Shown here in pieces: positions 12,900-26,917 of a DNA stretch of 64,000 bases. Origin of the DNA: Convolutriloba macropyga (Eukaryota). The notes beneath the pieces are model-generated. The model worked only from the letters and a program-made list of their open reading frames with translations, had not been told where the DNA came from and searched no databases. Position 1 is the stretch's first letter; each line of letters starts with the position of its first letter. The stretch is from contig NC_134480.1 of the NCBI RefSeq assembly GCF_964194025.1, forward strand, positions 8,866,001-8,930,000. The letters run 5' to 3'. The position numbers and the translations under genes were made by a program.

Positions 12900-14330
12900 A
12901 ACAACACAACTAAACTTGACCATAAAGCAAAAGACCTATGCAAAACCAATGCCCACGCAATTGTGCTCAGTACATCAGGTCTTGAAATCAGTATTAATTT
13001 TCCTCAATTCTGTATCGACTCAACACTCGAAGGAAGGAATAAAGAAAGCTGCTGTATTCGAAGACATGCAGATCTATAGACTATCCAAGAACAAGTTGTA
13101 AAGAATGTTGGTAGTGAAGTGTTGGACGTGAGAAAACACTTCTGATGAGAAAATCAATCGCCTGTTCATAATATTCGATTTCAAGAACAAGTTTCCAAAC
13201 ATGTAATAGAACGAAATCCTGAGCAATAAATAGTTTGCAATAATGTCCCGGGAGAGACCAAAGGCGCAACACATCACAGAAAGGTTAGAAATTGTTTCCA
13301 CCAAAACTCGACTACTCTGGAAAAATTTTGGTGGTCACGACTCAAACAGCTTTTATGTGGGAGACTTTTCTCATGGAAGGCAGATAATGCACTCGTCAAG
13401 CATCTTTCTATTCATACCAGGAAAATTCCACAACTGCTTCAACAGAAAGCAGCAGAGCTTTATCTCTGATTCACGTTGACTTTGAGTTGAGATACACAAT
13501 AGAAGAGAAAACAAAATTTTGACAGTAGTTCTAAGCTCATTTTTCAGACAACTACTCATAATTATACTTTTTTCAAAAATATTTAAGACTAGTTTTAATG
13601 AAAACAATAGCGAGCTCGATTTGAACAGATTTCTCAAGATGTCATGAAACAGTGGTAATTCAAAACTGTTCTCCCCAGTCTACTCAAACTCAGATCTACT
13701 GTTCTGGCGAAACCGCCTGCAGCACTTTCTAAAATGAATTCAACATAAGCAAAAAACGATTGCTTGTTGGCCCAGCATCCAACGGACGTTGAAGATATGG
13801 TAGAAAAACTAAGGATTGTTAGTTGAAATGGCATATGCGGGGAAAAACTAAACATCTTATAAATGGGTTCCACGTGGACTGTAGTTGTAAGGCAGAGGTA
13901 AACTTATAGTAATTATTGACGCCAGTTCAGGCTGGATCAAGCTTTGAATACGCTGGTTAGCGTTTCAGAAAAATCTAAAACTCACGTTAGTTAAACGTAC
14001 ACAAGAATTGGAGTACAAAAAGTTTGACGACGGTCTCAAATTTTTAACATTTATTGGTTCAAGAAAGGTTTAGAATCTCGTCAGTGGCAGCATTTTGAAA
14101 AAGTCCTAAGATATTTTCGGAAGTTGTGTTCAAATAGGAAAATTTTTACTTGAAAAGGAAGCTTATTCCTTCCGGAGCAACGACATAGATATACTATATT
14201 GTCGTCTCGTAGCTGCGGTATCTCGTCCAACAAGATCCAGGACGTAATCAGGGCATCCTTCAGACTCATTAACATAACAAGAACAATAAAATTTTGAATA
14301 AAATGCACTGCCTGATTGGCAACCAATAAA
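12900..14330 (-). mobile_element. Highly decayed non-LTR retrotransposon relic, possibly CRE-like
   Basis: Weak RT-like echoes only: LKLVLNIFEKSI (cf. LKLDFxNAFNSI), SLLLCIS (cf. PLLFCL), MLDECII (cf. YLDDG). Boundaries are vague. Confidence 0.25.
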
Positions 14331-14399
14331 GTTGTTTTAGGCAGGCCGACGTTGTGCTAGGCGCAGAGTGAAAAACCAAGCGGGCTGCAGAGTTCATAA

Positions 14400-16100
14400 T
14401 TCGATGGAGCGTTCACAGTAGAACAATTAGCAAGGCATAAAATACGACGTTGCAATAAGACGCGACATGACCAAACACCAGATTAATCCTATCAATATTT
14501 TCGATTCGATTTGTTTTCTTATTGAATCAATATTACAAAGGAAATACTAATAGGAGCTCGAATAAAGCGAATCAACTCTCCGACTAAAATTAAGTAAAGA
14601 GTAAAGATAACAACCACTCAATAATTAGGCAGAATTATTAAGCCATATAATTTAAATTTCCTACATTCATATATTCAGTTTTGACTCGAATCAGCTTTCA
14701 TCCAGTCATGGTAAACCATTCCAAACAATCAATCATGAGAGTTACAAATTTCAACTGATTAAGGCTTGAGTCAAAAACAAAGTATAGTACAACATCGTCT
14801 GAATAAAAATAGTAGTCCAACATCGGTTCTTTCAACTTATCTTCACATGGCACAAATAGTATAAGTAGAATACCTCAGACTGATCTTAGTGGCACAGCAA
14901 TTAAAATTATCAGCTGATTGGAAAAACCCTAAAAAAACTTCCAGAGCTTTTAGAATGATAACTTTCAAGAAATTGTAGTACAACGGATTACACACAAAAA
15001 CTTTCGATAAAACTCAAGCTTAAAAAGTATGTTCATTTATTACAAAGCAGAAGAAAGATCTAAACAAGAAACATTATACAAATCGACTCATCCAAAAAAA
15101 TAGCTTGTTGAAAACTTTGAGCGTGGCTAATTCAGTGGATTATGGAAGACGATAGGCACTGACACCTGTTGATAATTTTATTTGACTAAAGAAGCGAACA
15201 AGTTTGCTCATGAACAGCACACGTTCAAGAATTTTCCAGATTTCCCTTAAATTTGACATAGGACAACAGTTTGACAAAGCTTCAGGGTCAAAATGAGACT
15301 TTTTAATGATTAGCCTCACAATGCATTTTCGTTCCTTCAGAAAATAGCTTGTTTGAATCGGCAGATTACCAACTTTATTAAAATACTGTTTCAAAGACTC
15401 CCACCAAAGTTTTGGTCAAATTCTCAAGGAATGGGCAATTCTTTCAATGTTAAGACAGCAAAGCCAACTAAAACTTCTATGTACAAAATGATCTTTAAAA
15501 TTATTGCAAACAGATTTTTCCAGAAATGCTGTTATCTTTTCTAATCGAAGTATTTAATTTAAGATTCAAGGAAAAATTTCTTGTTTTCATTAGGATTTTT
15601 GCCATAACCATCCGAATTTTTGTGATGACATGTGACCAATTTTTTCATTTTTGTTCAATTTTCTGTAAAAAAAACCGGGTAATTTTGATCCCAAACAGAC
15701 TTTGGTATTTATGGGTGATTTAAGTTCACATAATCAGAATCGTTTTTTAAAAAAATCTGGTCCAACTTTTTTCAACATCATCCATTTCAGTGCCACAAAC
15801 AAGATAGTTTTCAAATTTGACTGCACCAAACTTTTTCCACTTCCTCAATGATAACTTTTTGTTGGTTTACAATTTCGAACCTGCAGAATATCCCAGCCCA
15901 AAACCGCATGATCCTGACCATAAAAGGCTATCTAGCGTTGTGTTACTCAAACGTCCCTGAATCCCATGATCAAGAATACCACATGATAAAGGAGACCACC
16001 AGATCTCTGGTTCGTATCAAGCAATAACTGTTGCAAATCAAACTTCTCTAGAAATGATGTCCTATACCGCATGGTAGCTTTTGTAAACATTGAGATGTTT
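14400..16100 (-). mobile_element. Decayed APE-type LINE (CR1/L2 group) ORF2 relic
   Basis: ORF 15140-15394 KKSHFDPEALSNCCPMSNLREIWKILERV...SAYR matches the RT N-terminal NYRPISNL..SKILER..QSAYR pattern. YSDD at about 14793-14804. Confidence 0.7.
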
Positions 16101-18239
16101 ATATAACCAACTAACAGCAGTCATTCAAAAATGTCTTCTCGTGTACCATTTTTCCGCAAAATTAGTTCAAGAAAAATGTAATTCAGCGGTGACAACTTCT
16201 TTTGATATACTTCTAGGTGTAAAATTTTAATTTGGAAAAAAATCGTAAAAATATCTTGAGAGAGAAATTTAGATCACGCAAAACTTCAAGGGCGTCACTC
16301 GAAAAGTCAAAACGGTCGAGCAAACATTGTGCATTAAGAAGACACGTTTACAACAACTGATTCAAACTTCGTTCGAGAGCAATGAACAAACTTCGTTATA
16401 GAGCCATTAAAAAGCATTTGAAACAATGCAAACTTCAAATAAATGACAAATATTGCCTCATCAGCGTTCTTATGTTCACGAAATACAGCTCATCCGGAAA
16501 AAAACTAAATATATACTGAATTAAATGATCTATGAAATACTGTGCACGCTGAAAATGATTATGCATTCAAATGCGCAATATAGCCCCGACAAATCACTCC
16601 ATCACACAGTGCAAGTTAACGTTAATAACTACGAAACATCTTGGTCAAAATTCGATTCCAAGTATATCAAAATGACAAATTGAGCGAGCGAGTGATTATT
16701 GTTCGCATTTTGGGATCTGTTTAGCCCCTTCCCGGGTACGAATATTTAAAAAAAAACATATCAAGTGAAATGTCAGATATATAGTACACTTTATATCAGA
16801 CATTAGGGGTGCAAATTAGCTAGAATACTACTAATATCTTACTGATATTTTATACCTTTTATTTTAACTTACTAACTGCAATTGCTAGCCCTATATCTTT
16901 TTAGGGTACACAAATATTTTTAGGGTACGCAATTAGCGTAATAATGCTAAACGGCGCATCAGTTTGATCACACAGGCTTCGCCAAATTTAAATTTTGTTC
17001 ACGGGCAAAGGTAAACAGACCCATATTTAGAGACAGAAAACCTCTTGATAGCCCAAACTCAATTCCAAGAATCAAGTCATGATTACTGCAGTTTGATCGC
17101 TGGTAAACGTTGAATATCTCGGTTTAACAGAAACTGCCAACTATAACGTGCAAACAAAGTTAGACTAGCTCAAATTAGACTTCGAGTGAGTGACGTTGAA
17201 TTAACAGCAGTATAGGCAAACATAAACAGATTGCATGTTTTAATGGTTAGTTCAATTATAGAGTCTAACTAAAAGGGTAATTTTGAGGGTTAGACTTAAG
17301 AACGATACTATGATAGGTGGTTGTACGAGTCACCAAGGTTCAACTAACAACCGGGTTGAATGGACAGGATTTCAAAAGCTGGGTTCATAAAAAAGGCTCA
17401 TTAAGAGCAGCCAGGGTTTTGCCGTCACAATTTAAAAGTTCCTTGCCAAATTTAAATGACAGCATTCCTCAGCAACTGTCAAAGTATTCTAAAATGTAAC
17501 TATTTTTTCACTGACATATGCGAACATTTTTATCCATTATTCCTCAACTCAGAATTACTCCGGCTTTTAAATTGTAAACAACGGTCATCTTTTCGAAAAT
17601 CAAAATGATTACAAAACCCTGTTTGACGAAGCATCAGTAAACTACTTTGAAAGGATTGAGAACATAAAACTAATAAATTTACTTTTTATAACAACATCTA
17701 CTTGGTTCCTTAGTTCGCAATTTTGATCCAAGACACATTAAACGCTTTCTGAAGCCGCAACATTCATTGAAGCATTTAGATACGCGAAGAGCTGAATTAT
17801 ATTCATGGTTAGCATCAAAATTAGATTGTAATACAAAAAAATGAAATGTTTTCTACCGAATCAAAAAGATTGATCTGTCAGGTCTTGTTACCAATGATAA
17901 CTTTTTTAACGTTTTTATTACAAAAACGTCCATGTTATTTTTACTCACAATTTCTTGAACTGTATCACTTTTTCAATCAAAACTCGAAAATTGCTCGGCT
18001 GGTTACATGACATTTTCTCAATTGCCTTAAATGCCCAAGGTCAAAGTAGAGTTATTGGGTAGAAATTTGGGCAACTTTTGGGTATTTTGTCTTGCTGGGT
18101 TATTTTGGCATTGGTAAATTGTCTTGACACAAACCATCAAAATTTGGTTAAATAATCGAACGGGGTTATTCATTTTAACAAAACCCGATCATCTTATCTA
18201 TCATTACCGCAATATGCGTTGTGCTTAGTAGGAATGAAA

Positions 18240-18489
18240 TCATTCTGCAACTTTGCTATTATCGTTGTTGTTGTTTATCTTCTCTTTGATCTCGTTGCTT
18301 CCCTGCTGGATCGCTGGGTACTGGGAGAGTGATCCGGATGTCAGGTACATGACGGACTTGGGGTGGACAATCTCGAATGAGACGACTCGTCCACTGCTGT
18401 GTTGGGTCATGTAGTTGCCACTTGGGATATAGGCCAAAACCTCCTGCAGTCGTTGAAGGGTTTCCATCACAACTCGGATGTCCTCCAGT
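18240..18489 (-). CDS. ITM2/BRICHOS-family protein, exon 5 (C-terminal region)
   Basis: Acceptor tttatag ends at 18490. Phase 2 matches the donor at 22025 (CA|A = Gln). TGA stop at 18240-18242. Confidence 0.75.
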
Positions 18490-20159
18490 CTATAAAGCAC
18501 AAGTATATAATACCTTTTTATAGTATTAAAGGTAGCCGGTAGATTGTCAAAAAGTAGCCTTAAGACATTGTAGACGTTCAAAACGACAAACCCAAAGGGA
18601 TGGAAGAGGCGATGGACTGAAGGGGGGTGGTTCCAAACTGAAAGTTGAAAGACGTTAACTATAAGTTTGAAGTTCATCTAAACTCAAAATTTCTCAAAGA
18701 TTCATCAACATTAATCAAAATTTCAGAAAGAAAGCTAGTACCAAGCATGCGGTAAAAAATTATCAATCCAAAATTGGTGTAACACTCATTTTTCAATTTT
18801 TGAACTTCACAGCAATTGACTTAACCCTCCGGATTATAAGACGAACCCTAATAAATCACTGCGGATTACTAGAAGAATTATCAGACGAAAAGTCACATAC
18901 GAAAGACTAGAAGGAATAAGCTCTAACATCCACGAACTTCATCTGAGAGCAACTAAGAATAGCAGGTACAAACAAAAAACGCCTCAAGACGCGTGACATA
19001 AAACCCAAAAACATAACTGACTAACGTCGTTCTAGAACGACTAGCGGGAGATCGAATCTATTATAGCCTGCTTAAGTCGGTGGAGGGTGGAGTAACTAAA
19101 TTAACAAAGGGCGGCTGCTTCAAATGACGTCATTGGGGGAACCACTATAACCACTAATAAAAAACTTAAACCACTTTATGCCGCTTTTAGTAGTCAGTTG
19201 CCACCAGTTTGAGCTCAGCTGCTGCCACTAATGAATGAGAGAGAACTTCAGCTCACGCAAAACGAAAAAATCACGGGCGTAAAAGTCACTCGAAGAGTCA
19301 AAACGGTCAAGCAAAAGTTTTTCATATAGAATATAGCTTCGTAGACCTGCAGTCTCAAAAAGATTAAAAAAAAAACAGACCAAAAAATACATTTCTTTCT
19401 CATAAAATGAAGAGATGTTTTACTTTGATCAAGAATATGTATAACTTATTGCTGCTTCTGTTCGCTGCTCTTAAATAACATTCAATTGGAGTGACACACT
19501 AAACCTTATCTGTTCGAATTAAAAGTCAATTTCAGAGTGAGGAAGTCATTTTTAAGAGTGAGGTAAGTCACGTGTGACCAAAAACTTAGTTAAGCAAAAA
19601 AACACGCTCAACTAAGCATAAAAAAATGACGCCACGCACGCAATTCAACTAAAATTGGATGAACCAATAGACAAAATTCAACTAAAACTGGATGAACCAA
19701 TAGACAAAAGGTAGATTTTACGCCACTGACCTCATATGGTCGTAACAAAAATCTTGAAAAAAAACAGCCAATAGAATACCGGAAACGAGTCGTGTAACAA
19801 AACTTTTATCTAGTCCTACTATCTAAACTTATGTATACGTACCCGTTAGATAGGTTGGCGGGACTTACATGCAATCAAAAACTCTCAGAATGACCTTTTC
19901 ACATTAATTATTACCATCAGTTCTTAATAACTATACATTATAAACTAAGCTACCTTTAAAGTACATTGCTCGAAAACAAGTCAACGTTCTGAAACAGAAG
20001 TCTTGTTCAAAAACCAAATCGAAAAGTTGGTTATAAAAAACCAGTAGAATACCAATACTCCTTTTCCAGTCATAAAAACCGTGAGCAGTCCCAGATATCG
20101 CCGTGCGGCTATTAAAAACAATGCAATATGGTTATAAACAACCAGTTTTAGCAGCGAAT

Positions 20160-20460
20160 GAGGGTACGCGTGGACGAGAGGTAGAGGAATTAGGTAGATT
20201 GGGGGTTAGGTAGTTGGAGGCGGGTAGATCGGTGGAGGAGGTAGGAAAGAGGTGTGAGTAGGTATGTGGGGAGGGGATAGGCTGGCGTTGGGGAGGTATG
20301 TGGGATAAGGTTGGTGTGGAATGTGAGCAGGTAGTAGATAGGTGTTTAGGGTCGGTGGTTAGGTAGGTGTGGAAAGGGGTGTTAGATAGAAGGTGGAGGC
20401 GGTAGGCATGGGTGGTTTTGATAGGTAGGTGATTGCTCTTTAGTGTAGATCGATAGGAGG
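20160..20460 (+). repeat. G/purine-rich degenerate AGGTAG-like low-complexity tract (intronic)
   Basis: Plus strand is very C-poor with recurring GGTAGG, GTAGA and GGGG units. Confidence 0.75.
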
Positions 20461-22025
20461 CAGACTTAAATGGCAACATAGCCGGCAGATTGCCGCAAAA
20501 TAACCGCCGTTGATGCGCTTGATGCATATCGAGATTGAAACAGGAAAAAAAAGAGATAAGTTGGCCGAACTTTTTTTCTGTTTTTAGTGTAAAAAAGTGT
20601 TCTAATTTAGCGTTGTTTCAGTTGGATTCTAAAACTACACTTGATTCAGCTTCTAAACTGAAAGCTAATAAACTTAATAGCAATGTTAGCTGTCAAACAC
20701 TCTAATGAACTTTGATAACCTAATTCTCAATGACATGATGAGCTTTATTGTTTCATCCCGTGTTTTTTAAATTTGATCTTTTGATTTTGACAGTATTTTC
20801 CACATTGAGTAATTGAATGAGTGAAAGAATTTAAAATCCATTTAATTGAAACTGTGAGTGAAGTAAGTCAGAATTCAGACGTGAAAATCGTGACTTATGT
20901 AAAACGAAAAATGTGATCAAAAGGTAAAGCGAATTAAAAAACATAGCAGGACAAGTCCTGACGTACAATTCAAAGAATTCTCATTGACTACACCAAAAAT
21001 TAGACCTAGAACGGACTTTGAGTGAATTGGGAAAACTATTTCTAAAAAAATGAGAACGAAAATTTTTCTTTTAAAAAAATCATGAAATCAATGTCAAAAT
21101 GCCGCATGTGAACAAAAAGCCAATAGCGATATATTGAAATTTGGTTCAAACAAAAAACTAGGCCTAGAATGAACGATGACTGAATTGGGATAACCATTTA
21201 GAAAAAATCCAATCCAAAAAATCGAAAACAGTAAAAATCAAAGCGAAATTGCCGCATGTGAACAAAAAAAACCACTAGCGAGAAAGCTAATTTTTGTTCC
21301 AACGCCGTTTTCTCACTCTACTTTAAAATTAGAGTGAAAAAAATCACACCGAAAAACCACTCACTTTTTCGCTCGATTTCCTGTTTCTGCGGGACCAAAA
21401 TCACTACTCCCATTTGACTTCAAAAATCATGAAAATGTGTGAACAGATCTTAAAAAACACAGCGCCCAAATACAATTCAAAATTCTTTGAATTGTAAAAT
21501 AGGAGAGCGCCTAAATAATAGCCGCTGAGAGGCTGACTGCGGCTATTAATCATAAACTCTCTAAATGGCCTTTCTAAATGAAATATTACGAGCACTTCCT
21601 AATTGCTATTTACTATACATTACAAAATAAGCTACTGATCAATCAACTCTCGTTGTGATAACAAATGCATAACGTATCGATGAGATATTTTACTAGTAAC
21701 TCCCGGTGAATGGTACGAAAATCAGAAATAGTGCCGAAACTCTGCTTTGGGACTAAATAACTTTTTCTGCCCATCTTTTCTCGCCCATGTTCCTATATGA
21801 AAAAAATCGAAGAAGTAGTTGAACCCGCGATAAAGAGGTTCAAGGTTTACATCCTGTAATCGCAATAATATTTGATTCAAAAAATTACCACAAGGTTGTC
21901 ATCGCTCTCTCGAAGTTGTTCAACAACTCGGCTTGGCCTCGGACTTTGATAACTTCTCGGTGGCGACATTATTTATATCACAAGTCAAGTTCAAAATGAG
22001 ATAAACGTGTGGCTGCAATACTCAC

Positions 22026-22276
22026 TGTCGCATATCGACATTCTTGTTGGCCGAGTAATAGAAAGCCTCAGCCTTTGCCACTTTGCTGATATCTGGATCA
22101 TTGTCCGGGTTGATAGCGGCCACTGAGAACTTGTACGTGTCGGATCCACAGAGGTCACGAATAGAGGGATCCAGATACATGCCAGGTGGCAGAAGGTCAC
22201 CAGCTGTCAGGAAGTAGACTTCGTTCACGTGGTCCACTAGAATTTCAGCCTTGTCCTGAAGGTTCTCCAAGAAGGT
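22026..22276 (-). CDS. ITM2/BRICHOS-family protein, exon 4 (BRICHOS C-half)
   Basis: Acceptor tcttcag ends at 22277 (phase 0), donor GTGAGT at 22025. Contains LDPSIRDLCGSDTYKF (cf. ITM2B LGFFIYRLCHDKETYKL). Confidence 0.85.
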
Positions 22277-22526
22277 CTGAAGATAAATTTAACTCGATGC
22301 ACTCGAGAAATGGCATAAAAAAAGTATACTCACAAAAAATGTCTTCTTGCCAAATTCCAGTCAGTTTGATTGCAATTGCCGCTCGGTAAAAAGAAATATT
22401 CAACCTGAATAATACGGAGATTCTAATCAATTAACTTTCGTAGAGGTTCCTCGTTCTTATGCAATCCGGTTTTCCATCTTTTTTATATAATTTTAGTCGT
22501 GTTGTGGACGAAAACAGTTCCCAAAC

Positions 22527-22848
22527 CTCAACATCCTTATATGAAGGCAGTCCGAAGTCATATCGCGATCCAATGAAACAATAATCCTTCCCATCCAGGA
22601 AGTCCTCGAACTTCAATGCCGACATGTCAGATGCAAGATCTGTCACAATTTTGTAGTTGAACTCGCCCTCCGATTCCAGTTCCCATGACACACCATCCTT
22701 CAGTCGGATCCATTCGTCAGTTTTCGGGAGCTCACTCCTGGTCAGATGTCGGCTTTCACCGTAGAGGAAATCGTGTTGTGCTTTTCGGTTGAAGGACTCA
22801 ACTGAATATTCAACTTTGCACCAACCGGTTCGGTGACGTCCACCATAC
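22527..22848 (-). CDS. ITM2/BRICHOS-family protein, exon 3 (linker and BRICHOS N-half)
   Basis: Acceptor tttttcag ends at 22849 (phase 2), donor GAG|GTTTGG at 22526. Contains GWCKVEY (cf. ITM2 CGIKY) and IVTDLASDMSALK...DYCFI (cf. IVHDFNKKLTAY...CYVI). Confidence 0.85.
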
Positions 22849-23961
22849 CTGAAAAACACTCGGACGCATAGATACCTTAAAACTTCATGCAGGTTTGTCA
22901 AGTCGCGGCTTCGAGTATTTTGACTAAAATACGAAGAATTATTTTTCCGCACGAAACGAAATTTTTTTCATTACTGCGTTTGAGTGAACTAATGTTCGTT
23001 TTTTTTTAATCTGTTGGTGGTTCCTATAGCCCAATAAAAGGAGAGACTATCCAGCACAAATTATATATCAATTAATAAAGTAGTAGGAATATCAATTATT
23101 GAGGTTTATAATCTACAATACAATTTTCAATATCCCGACTTTGAAATGTTTCAACTCTCTGGCTAGGTATATTGGAACTTCTAGCATAAGTTATAAAGCG
23201 ACAATTATTCCAAGATTCTGCATTAAGAAACGTTACTTGTCGAAGCCACTTCGAAACTCAGGCTAACATTTCGAGTTACCCATTTCCATTTTACCTTCTG
23301 GCTATGTATATAGAAAGGTCTGGCATTTTAACATCCTTCTGGGACTGCATTTTCGAATTTGCAAAATAGTTCTTTTTTCATGTTAATTTTCATTAAACAG
23401 GAGCACAACTTTTTCCAACAAAAGTGCATAAAGCTAACACCGCATTCTCGTTCAGAATATTAGAAGTCACCTCAAAAAAATCCTAGACGCACAGAAAGCC
23501 ATAAGGAAAAATTAACCAAACATTGATAGCACTTTTCTGGACTTGACTTAAAACTTAGCAATACAGTTCATAAAATACAAAAAATTCTGGTAAATGTTTC
23601 CCCCAATATATAGTATTTTTGTTTTTATAACCACGCGTTAACAAACTACAGCGCTTTCTGCACTAAAGTATTTTGCATAGCATGATAAGTGGGACTATTG
23701 CAATTAATACATGCCAAATTACCATTGTAAAGATTATATCATGTCAACAAATTATTTCAAGACAGCTGAGGAAGAAACAGTTCCCTATTGTTTCACTGAA
23801 AAAAAGTACCAAAAAAACAAATGCCATTCCAAAGTTTATGAAGAGTAGAACAAAAGTATTTTCAATTTCCAGACAAATACATTTCATTCAGCAGAGGATG
23901 GAAACTAGTGCAATAGTTCACTCAATCCTGTTACACCAGCTGGCCCCTGACATCAAAAATG

Positions 23962-24086
23962 AAAAAAAAAACCGCCGACTAACGTCGGGCGAAATAGTGG
24001 ACATATAACTCATACGCCCCCAGGGATTTGAACCATTGAACTCCCGCTCCCTGGCCAGAAGCACTGCCCACTCGGCGATCAAGCCC
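23962..24086 (-). ncRNA. tRNA-derived SINE-like or Pol III small RNA unit
   Basis: A-box-like TCGCCGAGTGG, B-box GGTTCAAATCC, then a GC hairpin (CCGAC-GTTA-GTCGG) and a T10 terminator. The acceptor stem does not pair, so it is not a functional tRNA. Confidence 0.55.
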
Positions 24087-26279
24087 TTCTTATATCTATG
24101 CTGCAATCGATTTATTTCAGCAACATGCTTTACTTCGGAGTGAGAGCAATAGAGCAATTTTCTAGAAGAAAACGCAAAATGGTCAAGCGAAAAATTTGCA
24201 TTAAAAAGACCAACACGTTTACAATAATTGCTATGAACTCCGTTTTTATTTTCTTTACAACTCATTCTCTTTATGTGGCTGGTTATCCAGGGTTTTTCCG
24301 CGCTTGCTTTTTCGTGTTATTATTTTAGTCTATGGACAAATTAAAACAACGAGGTAAAAACAACCACTGGTCGCAAGAAAATAGTACAAAAAATGGTTGC
24401 CGTAAGCTCCGATCAGAGACCTCTTGGGTCTGGTGTGGTCTGATCAGAGACAGCTATGGTCTCACGAAGGTCTGATCAGAGGTCAGTTCGGTCAGGTATG
24501 GTCTGATCCATAACTGAGCATAGTCTGGTGCTAAAATTCCTGCAATTAATATCTTCAGAACCATTTTATTCTCTTTCAAAACTATCCAGTAACCCAATTT
24601 CAAGCCTGAAAATGCTTCACTGGCCCAAGAAGATTGATGAACCGGGAAAACGGTAATTTCCAGAAAAACAATTTTTATGTTGTTTATTTTAATGTTTATG
24701 TTAAAATTCTACTGTCCCTGCCAACAATGCAGAAACCTATTAAAAAACCCTAGAGGTTCCCTGCCCCTGGGGCTAAAAAGCCCAAAAAAGAATACATTTT
24801 TTCAAAAAATTGCGAACATTATTATTTTTAAAGTAATTATATCTTGAAAAAAAAAACTTTTATCAATTTGAAAAAAACGCCAATTCAAGAAAAACAAAAA
24901 AACTCCAAAAATGGCGCAAAAACTTGAAACATTGCACCATTTTGGGCTCAAAACATAAAAATAACATTTGAACCTTGAATTGAGGTCTTGCCAGTAGCTT
25001 CACCACTATGAGCACTTAAAGGACTACTAAAGCCAGCTTTGATCCTCTTATGGAAAAACGATAACAGTTGCACCACTGTGAGCTCGATCACTCCTAAAAG
25101 TGAAAATTTAAGCTTGAAATAAGGTCTTTGCAGCAGCTGCACCACTCAAGAAGTACTAAAGCCAGCTTTGGGCCTCTAATGAAACTTACTGCCCACTAGG
25201 CTTTACCTGTTCATCTCGTTTTGAAAGATCAAAGTCATTGAAAAATGTGTAAATACATCTTCCATAAAAGATAGAGCCCCAATACAATCCAATGCTTGGA
25301 TTGTAAAAACCAAGAGCTCCTCAATATGGCTCCGCTCAATTTACACCTATAAGAATGTTGACAATAAAATTTAAAAATAAAGCAAGAGAAAGCCAATAAC
25401 GACCGCAGCTATCTTTGTGGCCACTAATGTAAAATTCGATAAAACCACTAAAAATATAATCCTTAGCCAAAAAACTCACATATTACTATAAAAATTGAAG
25501 AAGGAACTGCTAAAAACGGCTAAAAAAGAGTCTTAAACGGCAAAATCACAAATAGCTCAAAACGGCACTATAAAGTCTAGTATTTACATCAAGTGGTCAA
25601 AAAGGCTTTTAATTTTGTTTTAAATCAGCCGAATAGTTCTTCGCACGCAAACTTAAGAGTTAAAGCTCAAAAATGCTCTCGATTTGCAACAAAATGCACA
25701 CTGCTTTTCTTGCTCTCTGCGACAGAAAATCAGTACCTTTCTTTCTACTCTTCAATCTTCGTCGGTAATATGACTTTTTTCACACGTTTCGATTCCTGTT
25801 TCAAATACACACCAACAAAACTACCGCTAAAAAAACGTTTCACCGATACTCCTCGGATCATTGAAAAACCGGGAGAATGCCAACAACAACTCCGCTCAGC
25901 TAACGCCGATTTTAATTAAACAATTGCATTTAAAACACCATCAGGAACCAAGGCTAAAACTATTGCTGGAGAAGAATTAATTAATCAAGTTGAATTTAAA
26001 TTTTTCAAGGTCTGGGTCGTAAAAATACATCCCCTTTAGCGTCGCGAACCGGTGTACAAGTCGATAACAAGTTCCGGTGAACAGCACACAGATTTCCTCT
26101 AAGATGACTGCATTAGATTAGGAAATAATGCCAAATAGACCGACAAAAACATGGAAAAACGATAGGAATAAAATAATTTCTAGGGTACACAAAATTTCTA
26201 TAAATCTTTGTTAGCGAGGAACTAAAATTAAAACCCCATAAAGGGAGCGGTGAATAGATAAACGAATAAGAATACGTAC

Positions 26280-26411
26280 AGCTTTGAGATGTAGCTGCTG
26301 ATGAGGAAACTCAGAACAGCCACCATGCAGATGAGGACAAACATACAGAACAGGAACCATCCTGACCTCCAAATGGACTTCGGCTTCCTGACAGATCGCA
26401 ACTTTAAATCC
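26280..26411 (-). CDS. ITM2/BRICHOS-family protein, exon 2 (signal-anchor transmembrane helix)
   Basis: Acceptor ttttag ends at 26412, donor CT|GTACGT at 26279, both phase 2. Basic RSVRKPK is followed by hydrophobic WFLFCMFVLICMVAVLSFLISSYI, indicating type II topology. Confidence 0.85.
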
Positions 26412-26917
26412 CTAAAATTAAGATTGCCATTCATCAGCATCATATTTGTAACTGCCATTTCGAAAATCCTATCCTATTTGTATACAATTGAGTGTTAAAA
26501 TTTAGAACCTCTTATAATAACTGCTTAACTCCTCGCATTACACGGATCACGTACGCGAAATTATCAGAACTCAACATGTACAAAATCAGATCAACTATTC
26601 GCAAATCTGTCCGATCACCATTATTGGAGTGTTTGGAAAAACTTTATTGGGAAAACTATAGCAGGCAATGATGCGCGATATAGTTCAATATTACGCAGAC
26701 CTCCATGTTGCGAACTTTGAAAATGCCAAGTTATGTTCTACAAATCTTTGAGCCATCTGCCACCATAGTTTTCTAATATGTGATTTTGATTGGACAAACC
26801 GCATCCAAAAACAGCGAGTCTCTTGTTCTAGCCCCCCCCCCACGCAATTATTGCCCCCATTACGGTATATTTATACACCACTTAACTGGGTGCACAATAA
26901 AAAAACCAAAAAGTCAC

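Noticed and set aside
19640-19708. Tandem duplication of about 34 bp containing CCAAT
   Set aside because: Intronic local duplication with no other promoter evidence.
20132-20527. 131-aa Pro/His/Thr-rich ORF
   Set aside because: By-product of the skewed low-complexity tract inside an intron.
24016-24086. Functional tRNA gene
   Set aside because: The acceptor stem cannot pair; treated as SINE-like instead.
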